Source: an uncultured Alphaproteobacteria bacterium
GTDB lineage: Bacteria; Pseudomonadota; Alphaproteobacteria; Rhizobiales; Xanthobacteraceae
Reading direction: 5' to 3'
Length of the DNA stretch: 64,000 bases
Assembly (NCBI GenBank): GCA_963739755.1
Contig: CAVUCB010000099.1
Span: 11,148-75,147, forward strand
Positions 23,175 through 31,157 of the stretch are shown piece by piece. Positions within the stretch are counted from its first letter, which is position 1; the number at the start of each line of letters is the position of its first letter. Below the pieces are notes generated by a model, which did not search any database, was not told the DNA's origin, and worked only from the letters and a program-made list of their open reading frames with translations. The position numbers and the translations under genes are program-made.

Positions 23175-23429
23175 GACGACATCACTTACTTTGTCAGGGA
23201 ACGTCAGATCTGATCGGCGCATGGTCGCACCTAGCGCACTTATAAATTTCCACGGTGTCATCGGTGATCGCTCTTTCCTCACGCCGCTCGTTTCCGACCA
23301 GCGGCGGATCGTCGAATAAAACTTCCAGTTCTTTTGGTGGTGTGAGCTTCTCTGCGGTAACGAGTGAACGGCTGATGGGATACCTCCGAATGCCGCATCG
23401 GTTCCCCCAAGGACGAGGTCGCGTGGATC

Positions 23430-23640
23430 ATGCTACGGGGCTTTGGGGCAACGCTGTGGAAGGGTCGCCCGAAATTTGCCGTCGATCCCTTGCCAGCGAT
23501 GCCCTCGCAGGAGCCGCAGCCCACCGCCGAGACAGTGCGGCGCGCGCTTCCCGATCTGCTCAAGCTGTACCGCTACGAAGCGCGCGCCGTTACGCGACGA
23601 GACCGCGCAATTCGTGCCATCACGCTGAGAAGTAAAACCT
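23430..23640 (+). pseudogene. C-terminal remnant related to 25623-26030
   Basis: RRALPDLLKLYRYEARAVTRRDRAIR versus LAKLERYERRAFSRRRRALR. Confidence 0.55.
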
Positions 23641-23794
23641 CATGGCTGCAATCTAAGATTGCACACGACTTTTTGCAAAACGAACCCAATTTGTCCTTGT
23701 ATTTACAGATGCTTGTGAATTGAGCCGCGCCGGCGGGCATCCTGCAAGCTTCAGGCGCTGGATACTGGATATAGGAGATTAAGAAAGACACATC

Positions 23795-23945
23795 GCGCAG
23801 CCCCGCGCGATGGGTCTCAAGGTCAGCGACGAGTTCACGGTGCCCCTGTGCAAATTCACCACCGTGACGTCCATCGCCATGGAGACGAAGTCGCCTGGTG
23901 GGAACGACGGGCGATCGATCCCCCCGCGACGTCGCGGATGCTTGG
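23795..23945 (+). pseudogene. Second DUF968-like C-terminal fragment
   Basis: AQPRAMGLKVSDEFTVPLC..HHRDVHRHGDEVAWW..IDP matches the end of 21506-22718. Confidence 0.7.
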
Positions 23946-24087
23946 GTTTCGACCCGGCGTATCGAATGAGGTTCGGGATCCGCATCAGACCGCCGGCGTT
24001 GAGTTCATCGACGAGAACGGCGGAGGGCAAGGGATCCGATTGCGAAAGCCCGGCGAAGGCAAATCAAAAAAGAAGTGACCCCGACAG

Positions 24088-24270
24088 ATGAGGCGGTCCC
24101 ATGATAAGTACACCAATGGCAATCACGTTGATTACGGTGCTGATGGCCACGTGGTGGGTACTTCACAAGCCGCGCATGTGATCATCACAGAATACGGGAT
24201 AACCGGCGGCCTCGTCGTGTGCGGCGCCATCTACGCCTCGAGCCTCGTTATGGACCGTTACGGTTTATGA
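24088..24270 (+). pseudogene. Paralog/remnant of small membrane protein 22893-23174
   Basis: AHVIITEYGITGGLVVCGAIY. Confidence 0.45.
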
Positions 24271-24311
24271 GTGCCGCGGCGACACTTTTTGGGAAAGAAA
24301 AAAGGTTTCAC

Positions 24312-24340
24312 TTGAAAAAATGAATCAGCTGCGGCTATAT
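24312..24340 (+). promoter_or_regulatory. RpoD-type promoter
   Basis: (C)TTGAAA-N17-CTATAT, close to the alphaproteobacterial CTTGAC-N17-CTATAT consensus. Confidence 0.7.
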
Positions 24341-24856
24341 GGACTTACTTTGGCGTGACAATGCCGTGGACCAATCTCTACACATAGAGAGGTTCAAAGG
24401 CGGTTCCTAAGCCAAAGGATTTCAGAATCTGTAACGGTCCTGGTCAGGCTTAGCGCCAGCAGCGCAGGCGACCCGACCGCCAGCTACCCCGACTCCGAAT
24501 AAATCAGCTGCGGCTATATGGACTTACTTTGGCGTGACAATGCCGTGGACCAATCTCTACACATAGAGAGGTTCAAAGGCGGTTCCTACGCCAAAGGATT
24601 TCGGAATCTGTAACGGTCCTGGTCAGGCTTAGCGCCAGCAGCGCAGGCGACCGACCGCCAGCTACCCCGACTCCGAATGAATCAGCTGCGACTATATGGA
24701 CTTACTTTGGCGTGACAATGCCGTGGACCAATCTCTACACATAGAGAGGTTCAAAGGCGGTTCCTACGCCAAAGGATTTCAGAATCTGTAACGGTCCTGG
24801 TCAGGCTTAGCGCCAGCAGCGCAGGCGACCCGACCGCCAGCTACCCCGACTCCGAA
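24323..24856 (+). repeat. Three tandem ~179-bp units (starts 24323, 24502, 24680), predicted structured RNA
   Basis: Near-identical units with a few substitutions and one 1-nt indel; each has nested inverted repeats. Confidence 0.95.
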
Positions 24857-24983
24857 CGATTGCATGCCCCTCTACGCCACCACCACGTGGCCGTCAGGAG
24901 CGTCGGCATCACGACCATGCTGCCGGCGTTGGGCAATCGCTCAGCGCTGGGGGATTCGAACACTCTCCATAAGGAGTATGAAC

Positions 24984-25616
24984 ATGAAGAAATCTTTGGT
25001 TCCTCCGAAGCCAATCGAAATGCCGAAAGAATTTGAACGTTTTTTCGACCTTCCCGCCATGGTCGGAGACGAGAAGCATCGAGATTACTATGATCTCTTC
25101 TCGGCGGTCGCGAACGCCGTAAAGCCGACCGACTTTTTGGAATGGAATTGGGTCAACGATTTCGTTGAGGCAGAGTGGGATATCCGGCGCAACCGTCGGA
25201 TCAAGGTCGATACCATCAAACTAGGGGAACAGGAGCTTATCACTGAACAAGATTGTCAAGCGCAGTTTAATCGCATTAGAGTAGAAATGTTGCGCGAGCG
25301 GATGTTGTCCGAAGCAGACGCAGGGAACCCTGGCGAACCCAAACGCCAAAACAACAAAAAAGATACGAAGCCCGAGGTAGCGAGCACAGAGGTAGCGAAG
25401 ACAGAGGTGGCGAACAAAAAGGATCCCCACCTACTGGCGAAGGTTTTTATGAAATATGGAAACGAAATTGATTTCATCGACAGGCGGATCTCAGCCGGCG
25501 AAAAAAAGCGCGACGGGATTTTGAGGGAGATCTACCGGCGCAGGGAGAGCTTGGCGCGAAAGCTAGAGAAAGCATGCTCAGACATTATCGACGCCGAATT
25601 TACCGAGGCAGAGTAA
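24984..25616 (+). CDS. Uncharacterised helical protein
   Basis: AAGGAG RBS 7 nt upstream; PAMVGDE...VKPTDFLEWNWVNDFVEAEWDIRRNRRIK...IDRRISAGEKKRDGILREIYRRR. Confidence 0.8.
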   Translation: MKKSLVPPKPIEMPKEFERFFDLPAMVGDEKHRDYYDLFSAVANAVKPTDFLEWNWVNDFVEAEWDIRRNRRIKVDTIKLGEQELITEQDCQAQFNRIRVEMLRERMLSEADAGNPGEPKRQNNKKDTKPEVASTEVAKTEVANKKDPHLLAKVFMKYGNEIDFIDRRISAGEKKRDGILREIYRRRESLARKLEKACSDIIDAEFTEAE

Positions 25617-25622
25617 ATCCAG

Positions 25623-26030
25623 ATGACTTCAGAACGTAAAATCGCCGCCAACCGCAACAATGCGAAGAAAAGCACCGGTCCACGTTCCGAAGGCGGCCGA
25701 TCCGTATCACGGCATAATGCCCTGCGCCACGGCTTGGCCGTCGGTATCGGAAACGAGTCAGCATTCGGCGGCGACGTGGAGGATTTGGCAAAGCTGCTGT
25801 CGAGTGCAAGCGGCTTGCACAGCGTTAGCGGAGTTGCACGCGAGGCGGCGGAGGCGCAGCTTGACTTGTCACGAATTCGAAAGATTCGAGACTGTCTGTA
25901 TGAAATGATCTATTTTGTGGACGGCCCCGCCTCAGATCGCCTGGCAGAACTAAACGACAAGCTTGCCAAATTAGAGAGGTACGAGCGTCGCGCATTTTCA
26001 AGGCGCAGGCGCGCCCTGCGCGCCATGTAA
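25623..26030 (+). CDS. Uncharacterised basic protein (MTSERKIAANR..STGPR..NALRHGL type)
   Basis: 6-bp gap after previous gene; two further partial copies in the window. Confidence 0.8.
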   Translation: MTSERKIAANRNNAKKSTGPRSEGGRSVSRHNALRHGLAVGIGNESAFGGDVEDLAKLLSSASGLHSVSGVAREAAEAQLDLSRIRKIRDCLYEMIYFVDGPASDRLAELNDKLAKLERYERRAFSRRRRALRAM

Positions 26031-26032
26031 CA

Positions 26033-26082
26033 AACGCCTGCGCTTCCAAATGCAGGAACCTCAAGATTTTTCTCCTGCGGCC
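26033..26082 (+). repeat. Tail module A, copy 1 (others at 27934-27983 and 29201-29230)
   Basis: AACGCCTGCGCTTCCAAATGCAGGAACCTCAAG. Confidence 0.9.
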
Positions 26083-26118
26083 GGCGCGTCGCGATCCGTG
26101 TCCAATGAGCTTCCCGCC

Positions 26119-26949
26119 TCAGCGGATGAACGACCAGTTCTTGTAGAAGAGGGTCTTGAAGGAGACGGCGATCACAGCCGTCGCCGCGATCGCCGCGTCG
26201 AACAACGGCTGCAAATGGTTCGGGCGCGCGATATCCATGAACAGGCAATAGCGCGCTTGGTCGGCATTGTTCACGGAGCGGTGGAACAGGGTGTCGTCGA
26301 ACACGAGCAGTGGCTGGTCGCGCCAGTAGTGCCGCTTGTCGTCGACGTCGATATAGACCTGGTCGCTATCGATCGGGTCGAGATTGTACAGGACGCGAAA
26401 CGTCAGCCGCAGCGGACCGAAATGCCATGACGTGCTCTCGCGCGTGTTGAACACCGACACAGCGATAGTCTTGATGTAGCGGTAGTCGCGCTGAAACATG
26501 GGAATATTCAACGAAATGTCCTGCGGCTTGGCATACCATTGGAAGGTCAGCATGCCGCGCTTCTTGTCGCCGAGCACGTCGGCGACGTGGCTCTTGATAA
26601 GGTCGCCGTTGGCCTTGAAGGCGTTCACGCAGGCCTCGATCTCGGCGCGGTGCTCGTCCGGCAGGTCTTCAAGCCTATATTTGCCAAGGTTGCGGGCCGA
26701 AAAGGCGTCGGCGAGCAGATTGACCGGCGACAACAGCCAGGCCGGGATCCCGTTGCCGAGGAAATACTTCTCAGCCATGTCGGGCGTGATCCTGAAGTGG
26801 CGACTGATGTCGAGCGCGCCACAGAGGATGAAGAGCAGCGTGATGAGGGGAAAGAAATAGAGCGCCGGCACCACCACTAGCGCTGCGATCGCAATTCGAC
26901 GGATGCGTTTGCGATTGAAGGTTTCGCCGATGGCTATTGAGGAGGCCAT
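26119..26949 (-). CDS. Aspartyl/asparaginyl beta-hydroxylase family Fe(II)/2OG dioxygenase with N-terminal TM (LpxO-like)
   Basis: WHFGPLRLTFRVLY...HYW...VFDDTLFHRSVN..RYCLFMD. Confidence 0.8.
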   Translation of the reverse strand: MASSIAIGETFNRKRIRRIAIAALVVVPALYFFPLITLLFILCGALDISRHFRITPDMAEKYFLGNGIPAWLLSPVNLLADAFSARNLGKYRLEDLPDEHRAEIEACVNAFKANGDLIKSHVADVLGDKKRGMLTFQWYAKPQDISLNIPMFQRDYRYIKTIAVSVFNTRESTSWHFGPLRLTFRVLYNLDPIDSDQVYIDVDDKRHYWRDQPLLVFDDTLFHRSVNNADQARYCLFMDIARPNHLQPLFDAAIAATAVIAVSFKTLFYKNWSFIR

Positions 26950-27589
26950 GTCAATTCCCGCCCGGACTGCCAACCGCCGTCTTAGGCTTTCCCTGAGGTG
27001 CCGACAAGATCGATGGGAGCCGAAACTGCACAGTTGTTTGCAGTGCGGTATCATCACCTGCGATTGCCACGGTGAAGAAGTTCAAACCCATCCGGTCCAA
27101 CATCCCGGAGGAATATGACTTCCTATCCGAGATTGCTCACCCAATGGCGTCGGTGCCGTGGGCTTCTTCGCCGACACGACCGACCCAACAGACACCAAAC
27201 ACCCATTCGCTGTCCCACTTAGTCGCGGTGAGTCAGCACGGGACAATCGGGACGGCGACCTCTAAAGCACCAGACGATCCTATTGGCCGGGCTTATGCTC
27301 TGACCGTTGTAACTCCGAATGAGTTAAGCCGGAACAGTGGCACGGTAATGGACATACATGACTGCTCACGAAGTCTGCTTCCAGTCTGGGACCGGACCTG
27401 AAGCAGGGCGACTTCTGCTAACGTGTAGGTTTTCGGACGCCGGCATGACGAGAACGCGCTGCGGCGGCCGGCGTCCGAAAAGCGCCAAGGCACGAAGTCG
27501 CGGGAAGTATGGCACCCGGCAGTGCAGCGAGTGCTATGGGGATCGTATGTGGGTGGCGATCTCGATGGTGGACGCGGCGCCAGCACGAG

Positions 27590-27931
27590 GCGACGTGCAT
27601 GCGAGGCCGCGCGACGGAACGCGCGACGCCATGGATTGGCCGTTGCTATTGGTAGTGATCCCGCATTCCACGAGGATATTGAGAAGTTGGCAAAGGCGCT
27701 GTCGCTCTCGAGCGGCACGCAGCAGGTGAGCGAACACGCCCGCGAAGCCGCGGAAGCGGAGTTGGACCTGGCGCGCATTCGAAAAGTCCGCGCCTTTCTG
27801 ATTGAAACGCTCGACTTCGCAGATACTGCTGCCCCGATGCCATCACGGATTTAAACAGCAAGCTCGCCAAACTGGAGCGATACGAGCGTCGCGCATTTTC
27901 CAGGCGCAGGCGCGCCCTGCGCGCCATGTAA
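27590..27931 (+). pseudogene. 5'-truncated second copy of 25623-26030
   Basis: NARRHGLAVAIG...AREAAEAELDLARIRK...KLAKLERYERRAFSRRRRALRAM; frameshift near 27835. Confidence 0.85.
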
Positions 27932-28171
27932 CGAACGCCTGCGCTTCCAAATGCAGGAACCTCAAGATTTTTCTCCTGCAGCCATCGATGATCGCCGCTC
28001 TCCTGGCGTCCTTTTGGGTCCTGCATGCGATTGCGGTCATCATCGTCGAGAGCTTCGGGATCTCGGGAATGGCGTATGCTGCAATTTGCAGAAGCGCACA
28101 TGCAAGTGCGCGCAGCCCGCAATCAGGTAGGCTGGTTTAAGAAGCAAGAGCATCGGGTCGAGTGCGAGTTA

Positions 28172-28303
28172 CTACGAAGATACAATTTAAAGTTGTTAAT
28201 ATAAATATCGTCGATCAAGACTATAGATCCTGATCTATTTTGGCAGAACGAAGCCAAGAAGTGCAGCAATTTCAAAGGCCCGGGATCGACCATGCGAGGA
28301 TGA
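28172..28303 (+). repeat. Tail module B, copy 1 (copy 2 at 29239-29367)
   Basis: CTACGAAGATACAATTTAAAGTTG...TTTTGGCAGAACGAAGCCAAGAA...GGGATCGACCATG.GAGGATGA. Confidence 0.9.
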
Positions 28304-28474
28304 CATCACCGAGGCGCCCAGAGGATCCTGCGATGTGCGGAGCTCGTTGCACGAGTGGGACGCTAGGGATTCATCGACGAAAACGGCGGAGGCCTCGGCG
28401 TGGGCTTCGAAAGCCGGTAAGCGGAAAGTCTGGGAAATCAAGCTTTGACACTAAGGCCATCTGACCTTGCGGCT

Positions 28475-28503
28475 TTGACAAAGTAGCTACTGGTAGCTAC
28501 ATT
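28475..28503 (+). promoter_or_regulatory. TA promoter with tandem palindromic operator
   Basis: TTGACA-N17-TACATT overlapping GTAGCTAC-TG-GTAGCTAC. Confidence 0.75.
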
Positions 28504-28509
28504 TGAGCT

Positions 28510-28812
28510 ATGCGCTCCGTTGGTCTCAAAACGCTCAAGAACAGGCTGAGTGAGTATGTTCGGCTTGCCGCCGGCGGCGAGACGGTTCTGGTCACCGATC
28601 GCGACCGTGTTGTTGCGGAAATCGGTCCGCCTAGCCCCGCTCGGAGCTCGATGCTGTCGGATGCCCTATTGTTAGACGCCTTCCGGCAAGGCTGGATGAC
28701 GCCGCCGGTCTCGGTCGGTCGCGGGCCGCCAGCACGGAAACCGGTTATGACGATCGATCAGCTTCTGAGCAATCTGCAGCGCCATCGACGGAGCGATGAG
28801 CTATCTCGATAG
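28510..28812 (+). CDS. Phd/YefM-family antitoxin
   Basis: MRSVGLKTLKNRLSEYVRLAAGGETVLVTDRDRVVAEI. Confidence 0.85.
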   Translation: MRSVGLKTLKNRLSEYVRLAAGGETVLVTDRDRVVAEIGPPSPARSSMLSDALLLDAFRQGWMTPPVSVGRGPPARKPVMTIDQLLSNLQRHRRSDELSR

Positions 28813-29188
28813 CTCAGTGGCGCTCGCACATTTGTTGGCCGAAGATCGGTTTCCGCCCGATGAGCTCTGGGAAGAACAACTGGTATCCAGCCGGCTTCTT
28901 GAATGCGAGGTTTGGAATGGTCTCAACGCGCACCAGCTCCAGAATTCGCATGGCGAGGCGGTGCGGAATTTGATCGGCCGCGTTGCTATGATTGAAATGG
29001 TTGGACCAGTGCTCACCCGCGCCTTGCAGCCGTTTCCCGTTCCGGTGCGGACACTGGATATTATTCACCTCTCTGCCATCGAATTTATCCGCGCACAGAA
29101 GCAGAGCGTGAAGCTGGCCAGCTATGATGAGCGTTTACTTGCGGCAGCGCGCCTTCTTGGAATTGCAGAATGGAGCGCAAGCCAGTGA
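28796..29188 (+). CDS. PIN-domain (VapC-like) toxin
   Basis: YLDSSV...LLECEV...RTLDIIHL...LASYDERL. Confidence 0.85.
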   Translation: MSYLDSSVALAHLLAEDRFPPDELWEEQLVSSRLLECEVWNGLNAHQLQNSHGEAVRNLIGRVAMIEMVGPVLTRALQPFPVPVRTLDIIHLSAIEFIRAQKQSVKLASYDERLLAAARLLGIAEWSASQ

Positions 29189-29200
29189 GGTGCACAGAGT

Positions 29201-29367
29201 AACGCCTGCGCTTCCAAATGCAGAACCTCAGTGCGGATCTACGAAGATACAATTTAAAGTTGTCAATAAATATCGTCCATCAAGACTATGATCCTGATCT
29301 ATTTTGGCAGAACGAAGCCAAGAATTGCAGCAAATTCAAAGGGCCGGGATCGACCATGTGAGGATGA
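29201..29367 (+). repeat. Tail modules A and B fused
   Basis: Matches 26033/27934 (A) and 28172-28303 (B). Confidence 0.9.
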
Positions 29368-29383
29368 AATCATCCGCCGCCGC

Positions 29384-29510
29384 TTCAAGCATCGCCCCAA
29401 GCATTCCCGAACGCGTTCGCCGACGGGGCCGGATCGTGTCGCTGCCGATGTTTGCGGAGATCACGCGCGCGCAGCAGGATGAAGTGATCGATCTCGTCCG
29501 CAGGTTTTGA
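29384..29510 (+). pseudogene. C-terminal remnant of a DegT/DnrJ/EryC1 aminotransferase
   Basis: ...FPNA...RIVSLPMFAEITRAQQDEVIDLVRRF*. Confidence 0.55.
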
Positions 29511-29755
29511 CGGATGATCGGCCGCCGCCGCGGCACAGCAAGACGCCATCAGCAGATCTGAACGCGCGCACTTGGACTACAGCGACGCAATGTCGTTTCT
29601 GTCCGCACGATTTTTTTGGAACGTCTGCATTTTTTCGCGTTAAACATTCGCACGCTCGTCGATCATTTGCGTTGAAGAGCACCAACGGTGAGAAGATCGT
29701 CTGTCGCAGGGCGTCGTTGCACAAATTCTGCTTCGTCATCTGGAGATAAACGTCC

Positions 29756-30994
29756 ATGAAAATTTCCCGGGGCTCTCTCGGACTATTCCTGTGCATCGTT
29801 TGCAGCGGCTTTTCCGGCACCGCAGCCGAGGCCCAAACCGGCGCGCCGGCGCAGCCGCCGCCTGCGGCCGCCGCACCGCCGCCAACGCCCGTGCCGTTCG
29901 ATGCCGCGCTCCTGAAGGCGGCGAACGACCTGTTCTCGAAGGCCAAACTCGACGGTGCGCCGGACAAGGTGCTGCTCGTGATCGATCCCCTGATCGACGG
30001 CGTCACCGGCGCGCAATCCAAGGCGACGCACCTAGAGGAAAAGCGCATCGCTGAACTGGTGAAGAGCAATTATCCGCGCTTCCAGGTCGCGCGCTTCTCC
30101 GCCGAGACCATCGCCAAGGCGCCGGTGGTGCTGGTCGGCACCTTCACCGCGGTGAACAATGCCGGGGTCGCGGGCGGCGCGAAGGACGCCTATCGCATCT
30201 GCCTTGCGCTTGCCGACATGCGCACCAAGACGATCATCTCGAAGGGCGTCTCGCGTGCGCTGCCAGAAGGCATCGACCCGACGCCGGCGGCGTTCTTTGC
30301 CGACAGTCCAGTGTTCGCCAGGGATGCGTCGACCGACAGCTACGTCAAGACGTGTCAGGGCACCAAGGTCGGCGACAATGTCGATCAGGCCTATGCTGAT
30401 CGCATCGTGGTGGCGTCGCTGGTTAGTGACGGCATCGAGGCCTATGACGAGGGCCGCTATCGGGATGCGCTCAACGTCTATCAAAGTGCGTTGAAAACGC
30501 CGGGCGGCGATCAGTTGCGCGTGTTCAATGGCATCTATCTCGCCAATTACAGGCTGCGCCACAACCAGGCCGCGATGGACGCGTTCGGCAAGGTTGTCGA
30601 GTACGGGCTGAAAGGCGATAAGCTGTCGGTGAAGTTCCTGTTCAAGCCGGGTTCGACCCAGTTCATCAGCGATCGCAGCGTCCGCGCCCCTTACGAGGCC
30701 TGGCTCGATAGGATCGCGGAACGGGCCTCCGCCAAGCAGAGCTGTCTGGAAGTGGTCGGCCACACCAGCGCCACCGGCCTGCCGGCGGTCAACGATCGGC
30801 TGTCCGCCCTGCGTGCCGACTACATCAAGGACCGGCTCGAGGATGAGCGAAAGTCCCTGCGCGGGCGGCTGGTCTCGACCGGCAAGGGATCCCGCGAGAT
30901 GATCGTCGGAACGGGCCGCGACGATGCCAGCGACGCGCTTGACCGCCGGGTTGAATTCAAGGTCATCCAATGTAGCGGCGGCACGTCGACGTGA
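29756..30994 (+). CDS. OmpA-family periplasmic protein
   Basis: Signal peptide; LFKPGS...VVGHTS...NDRLSALRA...DRRVEF. Confidence 0.85.
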   Translation: MKISRGSLGLFLCIVCSGFSGTAAEAQTGAPAQPPPAAAAPPPTPVPFDAALLKAANDLFSKAKLDGAPDKVLLVIDPLIDGVTGAQSKATHLEEKRIAELVKSNYPRFQVARFSAETIAKAPVVLVGTFTAVNNAGVAGGAKDAYRICLALADMRTKTIISKGVSRALPEGIDPTPAAFFADSPVFARDASTDSYVKTCQGTKVGDNVDQAYADRIVVASLVSDGIEAYDEGRYRDALNVYQSALKTPGGDQLRVFNGIYLANYRLRHNQAAMDAFGKVVEYGLKGDKLSVKFLFKPGSTQFISDRSVRAPYEAWLDRIAERASAKQSCLEVVGHTSATGLPAVNDRLSALRADYIKDRLEDERKSLRGRLVSTGKGSREMIVGTGRDDASDALDRRVEFKVIQCSGGTST

Positions 30995-31048
30995 CACCGA
31001 GACCGGCAGCGCGCTAGCTGACCGTCAATTAGCGCTCGAACGTACAAG

Positions 31049-31087
31049 AAAATCCCGACCCTGATTGTCTCAGGGTCGGGATTTTTG
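31049..31087. terminator. Bidirectional terminator
   Basis: AAAATCCCGACCCTGA...TCAGGGTCGGGATTTT. Confidence 0.8.
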
Positions 31088-31157
31088 TTTCGTATTTCCG
31101 TTGTGTGAACGACGCCGCACCCGCGAGGCTGCGAGGGCAATTCCTGGCTTTCTCGCC

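Noticed and set aside
24339-24410. Small ORF MDLLWRDNAVDQSLHIERFKGGS(YAKGF.NL) in each repeat unit
   Set aside because: The ATG overlaps the predicted -10 box (upstream of the likely TSS in unit 1), there is no RBS, and the stop differs between units; not excluded for units 2-3
24323-24856. CRISPR array interpretation of the tandem repeat
   Set aside because: Units are ~179 bp and nearly identical throughout, with no unique spacers and no cas genes in the window
24323-26030. Retron or diversity-generating retroelement
   Set aside because: No reverse transcriptase gene was recognised in the window, and there is no adenine-specific variation pattern between repeats
26119-26949. HxG motif (HFGP) suggesting an Fe/2OG halogenase
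   Set aside because: H-x-G-P is a normal variant in the Asp/Asn beta-hydroxylase family, so it is not diagnostic
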